Source of the DNA: Camelus ferus
Lineage: Eukaryota
NCBI RefSeq assembly: GCF_009834535.1
Contig: NC_045696.1
Location: forward strand, 79,610,001-79,674,000
Direction: 5' to 3'
DNA: 64,000 nt
Positions 52,395 through 64,000 of this stretch are shown one piece after another. Both the position numbers and the translations under genes were made by a program. How positions within the stretch are numbered: the stretch's first letter is position 1; every line of letters starts with the position of its first letter. The notes below the pieces were generated by a model, which saw only the letters and a program-made list of their open reading frames with translations, did not search any database and was not told where the DNA came from.

Positions 52395-53520
52395 AAGATT
52401 GCTTCCAGCCATGATGAAGTTGCCGAATCTGTACTTAACTTCCTAGAAACAACTAGAAAACTCGACAAAATACATCAAACATCTTCTTTCAGATACTGGG
52501 AGATATACAGTATATATATACAGAAATATACTGTGACCCCTCAAAAAAGGGAAATGACAGAAGTGAGCCCTCCAAGTGTTCTGGCTGTCCTTCTGGATGC
52601 ACGATTAGGACTATGGTAGTTCGAGATAATCGTAAACAGGGCATGGTGATCTCACTGACTGAAGAAAAAAAAATCAGTTCAGGGAATGTATGGTAACTTG
52701 AAGCTGAAAGGCAAAGTTTCAGAGGAAAAAAAAAATTTTTTTTTTCAAAAGAAAAGCTTCAGGAATCTGAAGCATAGTCTTTCCCTTGAATCTGTTGCTA
52801 AAGTTAACCCGTACATGCACACAGCAAAATTCCTTAAGGCCAGGAAAAAAAAAATGATCAAGGTGCTTTAAACTGCAGAAGTCCCAAGGCTCACACAGGG
52901 AGGGGAGTCATTCAGCTTGACCAACCGGAGAGGGCAGTCCCTGATGGTAAGTCAGTAGAGACCCCAGAGAGCCATACCTGAGGGGTGGAACTGAACCATT
53001 CCTAGAGTAAAGAGTGGTCAATATCTACCCTGTCAAACTTTAAAACAAATCTCAAAAAGATCAAACTTATCCATGATAATGAAACTGTCTCCCAGGAAAA
53101 AAGTACAACAATCTTTAAAGAAAGGTTACAAAATCCAAGCGCATAAAATTGCAATATACAGCAGCCAATCAAAAATAACTAGCAAGGTCAAGAAGCAAGA
53201 AATTGTGACACATAAGTAAAACAGTAAGTCCCATCAATATGAAATATTTAGGATTATACTTAACAAGATATGTGCAATAAATTCCTGAGAGAAATTAAAG
53301 AGATCTAAATAGATGGTGAAATACCGTGCTTTCCATGAATTATAAGTCTCAGTAATGTTAATATATGGATTCTCCCCAAAGTGATGTATAGATTTAAAGG
53401 AATGCCAATGAAATTTCAGGGTTTTTTTCCCTAAAGATCAACAAGTTAATCCTAATGTTTAAAAAACACATATGACATAGAATAGCCCAAACAATTTTGA
53501 ATAAGAAAAGCAAAGGAAAA
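52395..53520 (+). mobile_element. old L1 5' UTR plus ORF2 remnant
   Basis: gcttccagccatgatgaag..aactagaaaactcgacaaaatac; attctccccaaagtgatgtatagattt. Confidence 0.65.
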
Positions 53521-53524
53521 TTTT

Positions 53525-54390
53525 TAAATGGCAAAGGATTTGCATAGACATTTCTCCAAAGAAGATATTTAAATGGCCATTAAACACATAAAAAGATACC
53601 CAACATCACTAATCATTAAGGAAATGCAAACCAAAACTAAAATGAGATACCATCTCATATCCATTAGGATGGCTGCTATCAACAGAAAATGGTAAGTTTC
53701 AGTGAGGATCTGGAGAAATTGGAACACTTGTGCACTGTTAATGGGAAGGTAAAGCGATGCAGCCATTGCGAAAAATAATATGGAGTTGTTCCAAAAAACA
53801 GAATTACCATAGGAACCAACAATTGTACTTTTGGGTATATTCACAAAAGAATTGAAAGCAGGGTCTCAAAGAGATATTTGTACACCCATACTCATAGCAG
53901 TACTATTCATAATAGCTAAAATGTGGAAGTAATAGCTAAAATGTGGAAGCAACTCGTGTCTATGGATGAATGGATAAGCAAAATGTGATACACACACACA
54001 TACATGCAATGGTAATCTATTCAGCCTTAAAAAAAAGTCTTCACTGTACTACAACATGGATTAGCCTTAAGGATATTAGACTAAGTGAAATAAGCCAATC
54101 ATAAAAAGATAAATATTATAGGATTTCATTTATATGACGTACTTAAAACAGTCAAAATCAAAGGTACAGAAAGTACAGTGGTACTTTCCAGGGGTGGGGA
54201 GAAGGGGGAATGAAGTTACTGTCAGATGGATATAGAGTTTCAGTCTTAGAAGATTAAAAGGGTTCTGGAGCTGGATTGTCGTGATGGTTTCACAATGATA
54301 TGAATGTAATTAATGCCACTTAAGTGTACATTTAAAACTAAAGATTGTAAATTTTATGTTATGTGTATTTTACCACAATAAAAAATGGGA
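53525..54390 (+). mobile_element. L1MB-like 3' end
   Basis: agacatttctccaaagaagat..gaattgaaagcagggtctcaaagagatatttgtacaccc..ttttaccacaataaaaa. Confidence 0.85.
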
Positions 54391-54496
54391 GAAAATCAGT
54401 CAATGCAATTCATCATATCAAAAGTCTAAAGAAGAAAACTATTTAATAATCTCAATAACTGTGGAAAAAGCAAAAAACAAAATTCAACATAAATTT

Positions 54497-56453
54497 TTTT
54501 AACATTTTTTATTGATTTATAATCGTTTTACAATGTGTCAAATTTCAGTGTAGAGCACAATTTTCAGTTATACATGAACATATATATATTCATTGTCACA
54601 TTCCTTTCTCTGTGAGCTACCATAAGATCTTGTATATATTTCCCTGCGCTATACAGTATAATCTTGTTTATGTATTCTACAATTTTGAAATCCCAGTCTA
54701 TCTCTTCCCACCCCCCACCCCCTTGGCAACCACAAGTCTGTATTCTATGTCTATGAGTCTATTTTCTGTTCTGTATTTATGCCTTGTTTTTGTTTTGTTT
54801 TGTTTTAGATTCCACATATGAGCGATCTCACATGGTATTTTTCTTTCTCTTTCTGGCTTACTTCACTTAGAATGACATTCTCCAGGAGCATCCATGTTGC
54901 TGCAAATGGCGTTATGTTGTCAGTTTTTATGGCTGAGTAGTATTCCATTGTATAAATATACCACCTCTTCTTTATCCAGTCATCTGTTGATGGACATTTA
55001 GGCTGTTTCCATGTCTTGGCTACTGTAAATAATGCTGCTATGAACATTGGGGTGCAGGTGTCATCCTGAAGTAGGGTTCCTTCTGGATATAAGCCCAGGA
55101 GTGGGATTCCTGGGTCATATGGTAAGTCTATTCCTAGTCTTTTGAGGAATCTCCATACTGTTTTCCACAGTGGCTGTACCAAACTGCATTCCCACGAGCA
55201 GTGTAGGAGGGTTCCCTTTTCTCCATAGCCTCTCCAGCATTTGTCATTTGTGGACTTTTGAATTATGGCCATTCTGACTGGTGTGAGGTGATAACTCATT
55301 GTAGTTTTGATTTGCATTTCTCTGATAATTAGTGATATTGAGCATTTTTTCATGTGCCTATTGATCATTTGTATGTCTTTCTTGGAGAATTGCTTGTTTA
55401 GGTCTTCTGCCCATTTTTGGATCGGGTTGCTTATTTTCTTCTTATTGAGTCGTATGAGCTGCTTATATATTCTGGAGATCAAGCCTTTGTCAGTTTCATC
55501 TGCAAAAATTTTTTCCCATTCTGTAGGTTGTCTTTTTGTTTTACTTTATGGTTTCCTTAGCTGTGCGGAAGCTTGTAAGTTTCATTAGGTCCCATTTGTT
55601 TATTCTTGCTTTTATTTCTTCTAGGAGAAAATTTTTGAGATGTATGTCAGATAATGTTTTGCCTATGTTTTCCTCTAGGAGGTTTATTGTATCTTGTCTT
55701 ATGTTTAAGTCTTTGATCCATTTTGAGTTGATTTTTGTGTATGGTGTAAGGGAGTGTTCTAGCTTCATTGCTTTACGTGCTGCTGTCCAGTTTTCCCAAC
55801 ACCATTTGTTGAAGAGACTCTCTTTATTCCATCATATATTCTTGCCTCCTTTGTTGAAGATTAGTTGACCAGAAGTTTGTGGGTTCATTTCTGGGCTCTC
55901 TATTCTGTCCCATTGGTCCATATGTCTGTTTTGGTACCAATACCATGCTGTCTTCATGACTGTAGCTCTATAGTATTGTCTGAAGTCTGGGAGAGTTATT
56001 CCACCAGCCTCTTTCTTTCTCTTCAGTAATGCTTTGGCAATTCTAGGTCTTTGATGGTTCCATATAAATTTTATTATGATTTGTTCTAGTTCTGTGAAAT
56101 ATGTCCTGGGTAATTGGATAGGGATTGCATTAAATCTGTAGATTGCCTTGGGCAGTGTGACCATTTTAACAATATTGAGTCTTCCAATCCAAGAGCATGG
56201 GATATCTTTCCATTTTTTAAAGTCTTCTTTAATTTCCTTCATCAGTGGTTTATAATTTTCTGTGTATAATTCTTTCACCTCCTTGGTTAGATTTATTCCC
56301 AGATATTTTATTACTTTGGGTGTTATTTTAAATGGGATTGTTTCTCTACTTTCTTTTTCTGTTGATTCATCATTAGTGTAAAGAAATGCAACTGATTTTT
56401 GAACGTTAATCTTGTAACCTGCTACCTTGCTGAATTCTTCGATCAGCTCTAGT
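54497..56453 (-). mobile_element. young, 5'-truncated camelid L1 (~1.96 kb) nested in an old L1 ORF2
   Basis: Near-intact ORF2 C-terminal coding, 3' UTR, AATAAA and short A tail; exact TSD AACATAAATTT 54486-54496 / 56454-56464. Confidence 0.95.
54805..56453 (-). pseudogene. disrupted LINE-1 ORF2p, end of RT region through C-terminal Cys-rich domain
   Basis: ORFs 55832-56458, 55541-55768 and 54805-55482 are collinear L1 ORF2 ([51 protein letters not shown]); in-frame TGA at 55832-55834, 1-nt frameshift near 55545. Confidence 0.95.
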
Positions 56454-57711
56454 AACATAAATTTCTTATTAAAAAACCCCCCAGCAAACTAGGAATATAT
56501 CAAAAATTCTACAGCTAACATCACTTGTAAAGGTGAAAAATTGAATGCTTTTTCCCTAGGATTGTGGAAAAGGCAAGGATGCCTGCTCTCACCATTTCTA
56601 CTCAACTTTATACAGGCAGTGTAACTCCCTTGGATAACAATTAAAAGAACAATGCATTACTATAAATTAATAGAAGAAAACAATTATTATAAAAATGTTT
56701 GATTAATCTCAAAGAAAGACAGAAGTGAGAGAAGTTTATCTTTAGATGAGAGTAGAGACAGAGGTTAGCAAAAGGTGGAAAATAATGAATAAATGTTCTA
56801 TTTGTTCTTTGAAACTAGAAGACATTAAAATTTGTTTTCATACTGGTGGCAAAAATCCAGTATTTAAGTGGGAGTGGGGTGCAAAAAATTCTAATATTTT
56901 TAAAAATGGTTAATATAATGAGAAGAGGGAACCAAAATAGAAAGCTCTTTGAGCAGGTGGGAGGATATGCAATCCAGTGCATTAAGAAGGATTAGTGTTT
57001 GATAGTGAGACAGGTTCTTTCTCAGCACCTACTTACTCGTTAGCACGGTAGGAACAGTTTTAGGGGCTCACAAATGGTTTTAGGGACCCACAAAAATGTT
57101 TTCGCTAATTTTAAAATCAGGAAGCCATAATGTCCTGCTCATCCTTCACGAAATCCCAACAAAACTAATATGGAAGCAGATCCAAGTTCACTGGTAGATT
57201 TGGTGGTGGATCTAATCACTTTGTATCCTCTATAAAATGTGAGCTTATCTGGGGGGCAGTAATAGCTTGGTACTGAGTAGAGATTGAACAAATCAGAAAA
57301 ATGAGAAAAATAAAAGAGACATTTCTGAGAATAGAGAGTGAGCATAATACAGAAATATAGAATGCTGGGTAGGGTTGAGTGCTCATTTGTTATCAGAGAT
57401 CACACATATATACAGCAACGCCTTTTTACTCGGCCGTATGATTTACTCCTTAAAAACTATAAGTAGCTCAGTTCATGTAGTCTTCTGAGCTGTGCTAGTC
57501 AGCTCCTACTCAAGGGAAGAGGAGAAAGGACAAAAGGAAATCTCTTGCTCTCTCCCCTTGGCCTTGGTATCTCTTTCTCTCTCACTCAAATATACATGTA
57601 TCCCACTAAGTGAAAGAGATTTACTTTAAACTTTAGGATAATTTTAAATTTTTATAATGAGCATTTCTCAAAGACATAAAATGGAGAAAATATTGGTCCA
57701 TATTTGTTTTA

Positions 57712-57935
57712 CAGAATCATATGGAGCATAGACTTGGGAAGATAGGGCAAAATTCTAGCTGCTCACAGCTGTGTCACCTTGGACAAGATGCTTAACCTCT
57801 CCGAGCCTTAATTTTTTTCATCTGCAAAAGGAAAATATAGTATCTAAATAACAATGGTTTTGATGAAGATTTATTGAAATGATTTACAAAGAACAATTTA
57901 CTACAGTGCCTGTATGTAATTTACATTATTAAATG
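57712..57935 (+). mobile_element. MIR SINE
   Basis: agctgtgtcaccttggacaagatgcttaacctctccgagcctt..tcatctgcaaaagg. Confidence 0.85.
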
Positions 57936-58794
57936 AAGAAAAAAACTCCTGTCAATGAAAGTTATTAACAAAAATTAAATCAAAATCAAATCTTCATATA
58001 TTGTCAAAGTTTTAAATATGATCCCAAAAGTGACTGGGAAGATACACACATAGTTCTTTTTTAAAAAGTACGTACTTGGGAAATCACGCATTCCTTCTTT
58101 CATGTTATTATTCATTTATTTATTGCATAAATATTTATTTAACATATGTTCTATGCCTAGCACTTCCTGAGTGCTCAGTTACAGAGGTGAAATCAGGCTT
58201 CTGAAGCCCTTCAATCTTGGCATTTTTGACTTGCCACTGAATTTAACTCCACATGGCTCTTAAAATTTCACATGCAGAGGACAAATAATCAATCCAGCTT
58301 CAGTTCTCAATTCTATTCTTACTTTAGGGAACTATCTTGGTTATCTTGAGGACAGGTAACTGCTAACTCACATTGACTTTTCTGCATGACTTATTTTCAT
58401 CTCTAATAGAATCTGCCATTTGCCTGTAATTTAGAAAAAATTAAGCCCCCTCTTCTGATTCTCTATGGCCCTCCCTATGATGGGCGTTAAGACAAATACA
58501 TTCCTGAACAAAGCTGATCGTAGATAGCAACATATCTGAGCTGTCTCAGCCTTGTTGTCCATAGAAATGCCTGCACTAAGTTATAACTCAATGTTATGAA
58601 CTGAGCTGTTATCAAAAGCTGATACAAGAAATGGCCATTTTCAAAATGTTACTCTATTTTCTGTAAAACATGTGTTGAAGACATTATCCATCATTGTTAG
58701 TCAACATCCACACAATAAATTTCACCTAGGATTTAGGGACAGGAGAGTATTTGTCTCACTAGATAAACTTTTATGTTTTCTTTAATCTAACAAA

Positions 58795-59010
58795 AGTAGT
58801 ATAGCACAGCAGTAAAGATGATAGCTTGGGAATCAGACAGATTTGGAATCGAGGCTTAGTCCCAACTTTTTCTGACAAGGGAAATTAAATTTTTAAGTCT
58901 CCGTTTCCTCATTTGTGAAAAGGAGATCCTGGGATTTTTTTTAGAATTCAATGAGATAGTACATGTAATGTCTTTACAATCTCTTGCATATACTGAACAC
59001 TCAATTAACA
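58795..59010 (+). mobile_element. MIR SINE
   Basis: gtagtatagcacagcagtaaaga..ggaatcagacaga..gtttcctcatttgtgaaaagg..aatgagatagtacatgtaa. Confidence 0.8.
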
Positions 59011-59545
59011 TTATCTTTTATGTTTACTATGAGAAGTATATAACTCCACACTTTTTCTTTCCTGCCCTAATCTGAATATCTAGCTTTTCTACTAAACTAC
59101 AACTATAACTTTGCCCAAGTTTTCTGGCACAATAATTTTTCTCATTCTTTCTTCTATATTCTTTAAATGATGCTTCATTTTCATATGTCTTTCTAAGTAT
59201 ATTCAATATGGAAGATGCTTTAAATGTTCTTTAAGTATATAAATATCTACAGAACAAAAAATACTCAAAAGATCATATATTGTAGAAAAACAAAATAATA
59301 AAGATAGCATTTCAAATAAATGAAAAGTGTTTTTATTCAGTAAATAAATGATGTTGAAATCAAAATAATGTTAGAACCTATGTTTGTGTGTATGTACATG
59401 TATATACCTGTAAGTGTGTGAATTATATATATACACATATATATATATATAATTTTATCTCTTTGAGAAATGCTCATTATAAAAGTTTCAATTTATTCTG
59501 AAGTTCAATGTAAAAATCTCTTTCACTTAGAAGGAAATATATATG

Positions 59546-59548
<3 letters not shown>

Positions 59549-59597
<49 letters not shown>
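59549..59597 (+). repeat. (TA)n microsatellite, ~24 units, within a TA-rich low-complexity zone 59380-59770
   Basis: read directly. Confidence 0.95.
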
Positions 59598-59601
<4 letters not shown>

Positions 59602-60122
59602 AAGAGATACAAAGACCACGGGGAGAGAGCAAAAGCTTTTGTTCTTTCTCCTTCCTTGAGTAGCAATTAATATATATATATAATATAGGTATCATATGTA
59701 TATATGTAATATATATGTTTATATGTATATTTATTATATATTAAATTATGTGTATTATATAAATGTATACGATTTAACTCTCCCCACTCTGTAGAATAAA
59801 TAATCATTGAATACCTAAACACTCTATGAGAGAAACAATTTTTCTAAAGATAAAATAAAAGAAAGTGAAATAAAGAAAAGATCAATGCCATACAGATTTA
59901 AAAAACCTACAGTTTAGCAGCTAAAACTTCTAAAAGCAAATATTGAAAAGCAAAGTAGATACTGAGGAAAAGATTTATAATAAAGAAGACATATATAAAC
60001 TTATAACAGTTACTCCAAAATATAACAGTAAATAAATAAATAAAAGGGGTTCTTATCAAGCAATAAAAATGGGAATTCCCAATTGAAAAGGGGATGAAAA
60101 ATTATGAATAAACAACTTACAC

Positions 60123-61240
60123 TGATAGCCATTCTAATAGGTGTGAGGTGATATCTCATTGTCATATTAATATCCATTTCCCTGATGATTAATGATATTG
60201 AACATTTTTTCATGTACCTGTTAGTCATTTGGATGGAAAGCATCTATTTAGTTTCTTTGCCCACCATCAAGAAGACAATAGATAACAAGTATTGGCTAAG
60301 ATGTGGAGAATAGGGAACCCTTCTACACTGTTGGTAGGAATTTAAACTGGTTCAGTCACTATGGAAACAATATGGAGGTTTCTTAACAATTAAAAGTAGA
60401 ACTTCCACAGGATCCATCAATTCCACTTCTAGATATATACCCAAAGGAAATGAAAATAAGATATTGAAGAGATATATGGACTCCCATGTTTACTGCAGCA
60501 TTATTCACAATAGCCAAGATATGGAAACAATCTAAGTGCCTGTCAGCAGATGAATGGATAAAGATGTTATGGTATATGCGTACAATGGAATAGTATTCAG
60601 CCATGAGAAAGAAGGAAATTTTGTTATTTGCAACACCATGGATAGAACTTGAGAGCATTATGTTGAGAGGTTAAATCAGACAGAGAAAGATAAACACTGT
60701 ATGATATCACTTATATATGGAATCTAAAAAAGACATACTTGAGGAGGGAGGGTATAGCTTAGTGATAGAGCACATGCTTAGCATGCTAGCATTCAAGAGG
60801 TCCTGGGTTCAATCCCTGGTACCTCCATTAAACAAATAAAATAGATAAATAAATAAGCCAAATTGCCTTCCCCTCAAAAATTATAAAAATTAAAAATTAA
60901 AAAAGCCAAACTCATAAAAACAAAAAGTAAAATTATATTTACCAGCAGTTGGGAGGGGAGGGTATAGGTGAGAAAATATTTAAGGGCACAAACTTGCAAC
61001 TAATAGACAAGTCATGGAGATTGAATGTACATTACAGTGAATATAGGTAACGATATTGTATTATAATCATCAAACTTGCTAAGAGACTAGATCTCAATTA
61101 TTCCCATCACAAAAACATAATTATGTGATGTGATGGAGATGCTATCACTATAACAGCAATCATATTACAACATATAAATGTATCAAGTCAACATGTTATA
61201 CATCTTAATTTTACACATTATGTCAAATGTATTTCAATTG
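60123..61240 (+). mobile_element. 5'-inverted L1 (minus piece 60123-60263, plus piece 60265-61240)
   Basis: Both pieces are the ORF2 3' region; 3' UTR ends ..atttcaattg; shared flank AACTTAC 60114-60120 / 61243-61249. Confidence 0.85.
60741..60898 (+). mobile_element. tRNA-Ala-derived camelid SINE (vic-1 type) inserted in an L1 3' end
   Basis: gggagggtatagcttagtgatagagcacatgcttagcatg..gaggtcctgggttcaatccctggtacctcca plus A-rich tail; degenerate TSD aaaaaagacatactt / aaaaaagccaaactc. Confidence 0.9.
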
Positions 61241-61309
61241 AAAACTTACTAAAGAAATAAAACCAATACACAAAAAATATTTAAAATGTCCATTTCAATG
61301 GCAGTAAAA

Positions 61310-61570
61310 TATGCAAATCATTAAGTATTTTGTTAGCTTTAGCTTTTCTGTACATGCTTTTTATGAGGTTTATCATGTGTCTTTCCATTCCTAATTTTCC
61401 AAGAGTGTCCATCATGAAGAGATGTTGGATTTTGTTAAATGACATCTCTTTGTCAATTGATATGATCATGCAATTTTCTCAATATAGTGAATTATCTTGA
61501 ATGATTTTTCAAAATTCAACCAATCTTACATTCATGAGATAAAACCCATTGAGTCTGATGTGATTCCTCC
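61310..61570 (-). mobile_element. old L1 ORF2 fragment
   Basis: ORF 61281-61469 MIISIDKEMSFNKIQHLFM resembles L1 RT motif MIISIDAEKAFDKIQH. Confidence 0.8.
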
Positions 61571-64000
61571 AGAAAGAATTCCTATTTTATTCTGCTCAGT
61601 GACCCCAAATGCCAGTGTGGTACCTTTCCTGTTAATTTCTCAGCATCGAGTTTTCTGTGCCAGAGTATTACATGTATTATGTAAATACTATAATGTTGAA
61701 ACCCAAACCTGCATGAGAGTTGGCCTTCAAACACCATTTCTCAAGATAAACTTTCTTTTTCCACTTAGATCCCAAGGCAAGATAGAGAAGTTTCCGTGTC
61801 TTCTTACTTTGTTGGTAAGTTAGATTTTACTAGTCTACTCTTTACGGAGGATGAAACTCATTAAAAATTTCACTTTAAATAAAGAGCTCAGTCCCAATTC
61901 TCAAATTACATGGAACCAAGGGCTTGTTTCCTATTTCTGCATAGTTGATAAAATGCAAATCTCTTATTTTAGAGGTTAAAAAAGTCCCCCAGGACTTTTG
62001 CAACTCCAGGATCAAGTTAATCCTCTGGATTTCAGCCATTTTGCAGTTTTTGTGTGTTTTGTTTTTGTTTGTACTTAAATTTCTTGAGTTCTTACATTTT
62101 TGATGGTTTTACTTTATTTTATTTGTTTTAAATGGGGGATTTTTAGGATACGTAACGGCTAATCTAGCCAAAAGTGAGAGTGTATCGTTTTAATAGTCAT
62201 TAAAAAAAAATTGATTTATCATTCATCTTCAGAGTTTCATGTATTGCTGTGTCATTACCATCTTGCCCAACTGTATTTTTTTTGTTTTTGTGTTTTTTTA
62301 AGTAAATAGTCCACAGTAACTTTCAGAAATGCATAGCAAAAGCAAATTTTTGCAGCAGTACTAAGGTAGAATTTCAATTTGAGGTCATGGCTAACCAGCA
62401 CAGAGACAATAAAAGGTCACATCAAATGTGGCTGGCTCTTATCTTAGTCAGTTATTAAGACCAACAAAACAAAAAACAAAAATGGAAAACAAACAAAAAG
62501 TTCTAACTCAAATAATATGGTAAAGAGCTTAGGAGAAACTACAATAGATTCTTGAAATCTCATGGTGCTTCCTCCCTTTGGTCTAGAAACGCCCACTGGG
62601 ACCTGGCGACTCTCATGAATCTGACCTTTCTCTACCTCTTTATTTCTCTGAGACGTACACTTTTCTGTCTCATGTCATTTCCTCAGGGTTCTGCTGTGTG
62701 TTAATAAGTTTTAAGAAGATGGAAAAATGCATGCTATTGTGTTTGGGTAGCAAATGATTTACCCAGGAAATATAATGCCTTAACCTAATTAAAATGCTTG
62801 TCTCCACAAAGCCCTCAAGGAGCAATGTTAATGGTGAGATTTTCAGACATTGTGTCAGCCTCATAGGGATCCATTTTTCACTGTGAGGGAATTTGGCACC
62901 CTTCAAGTTTTACTACCACTGAATGGAAGATCAAGTTAAGCTTCCACCCTGTACCCTAAGCACCCAGTTGATTTATGACAGTATGTACATAAAAGTGAAG
63001 AAAAGTTTATCATATACAATGGAATTTAAAAATTTTAAATTTGGGAATATACTGATGGTAGTGTGGACTACAGGGAAAATGAGAATAAAATATTTAAAAA
63101 TAAAACTCTGGTGGGAAGACTTTCATTAACACTTCATTTAATTTTTATATTAAAACTGCCTTACATATTAAGACAAAGTCCTTCATTTAGAAAATATCTT
63201 TTAATCTCTTTTTGTATTTTTAAATTATTGATTAAAATTTTTGAATAGGTGATACACTTGCATGGTTCATAATCAATACTGAGAACTACCATATTCTGTA
63301 GTCAGGTATCCTAACCAAGGAAAAAACAGATTTCATCCAATATTTCAAAGGACACCTGAGGGAAAAGATAACCTTCCTAAACACAGAAATACCTAGAATA
63401 ACAGAAAAAAGATTAATAAGTCTCTGCCTTAAATTTTTAATATTCAACAATGTCAGACTGAGTGGCTGAAAAGTTTTTTGCATATAGGATTAAATGTTTC
63501 GCTACAAGTACACAGATACCCAGCTTACACCTGCACAAGAATGCCTTAGGCAGCAATACAAAATTTTAATGAAAACCTGAACTACCCACAAAGAGAAGAA
63601 AATCTCTGACAGATAGATGTATTGGGGCTGTCCTCAAAGAGAGAGATTTCTTCTGCCCTCCTTCCAGGCTAAAGATTTTCACCAGTTCTACATTGAGGAG
63701 GAATTAGAAATTTCTATCTACACATCACTGAGCATCATGTATGTATATACGCACACACGCATATATATTTAAAGTTGGGGGAAAAATGATGTATTTGTTA
63801 CAGATACTTGCACTTGTGGATCCCAAAATAGGCTTTCTAGTTAAGCAGCACTCTTTTCAGAAGGTGCTCTATTAAGACAACTATCACAAATCATAAGCTG
63901 TTACATCATTTGCAACACGATGTCAATGTTTATAAAATGCACTAAAACACAAAGCATCTATTAATAGCTTGTACTTCCATATAAAGAAGATTATAGAGAT

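Noticed and set aside
59470..59695. ORFs with YIYIYI runs
   Set aside because: Translation of the (TA)n microsatellite
60741..60828. tRNA-Ala gene (also 12623-12690)
   Set aside because: Mutated arms, an internal TAGCAT duplication at 60779-60792, A-rich tails and TSDs indicate SINE copies
109..63483. The many 60-140 aa ORFs in the supplied track
   Set aside because: Short, many with non-ATG starts, low complexity or lying in or antisense to L1/L2/MIR; no recognisable host protein domains
1..64000. A novel multi-gene or defence-type system
   Set aside because: No intact coding units, structured arrays or RNA genes found; the content is explained by known mammalian repeats plus unique non-coding DNA

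Overview
Mammalian, almost certainly camelid (camel/alpaca/llama), non-coding genomic DNA. The assignment rests on two tRNA-Ala-derived vic-1-type SINEs and a young L1 with a camelid-type 3' end. The window starts in a GC/CpG-rich promoter-like segment (~1-500) of a gene I cannot identify, then runs through ~63 kb of AT-rich intergenic or intronic sequence. The first 30 kb is dominated by ancient MIR, L2 and MER5 elements; 30-43 kb and 49-62 kb are mostly nested L1 fragments of several ages. No intact protein-coding gene is supportable: the only real coding homology is disrupted L1 ORF1/ORF2, and the other listed ORFs look like chance ORFs or antisense L1. I found no evidence of a novel multi-component system. 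The most interesting structures are a ~390-bp orphan insert inside an L1 ORF2 carrying a microexon-like signal, a TSD-flanked L1 with internal deletions and an apparent 3' transduction, a twin-primed inverted L1, and a few candidate minus-strand exons and regulatory islands. Repeat subfamily names are from recall of consensus sequences, and most repeat boundaries are approximate.
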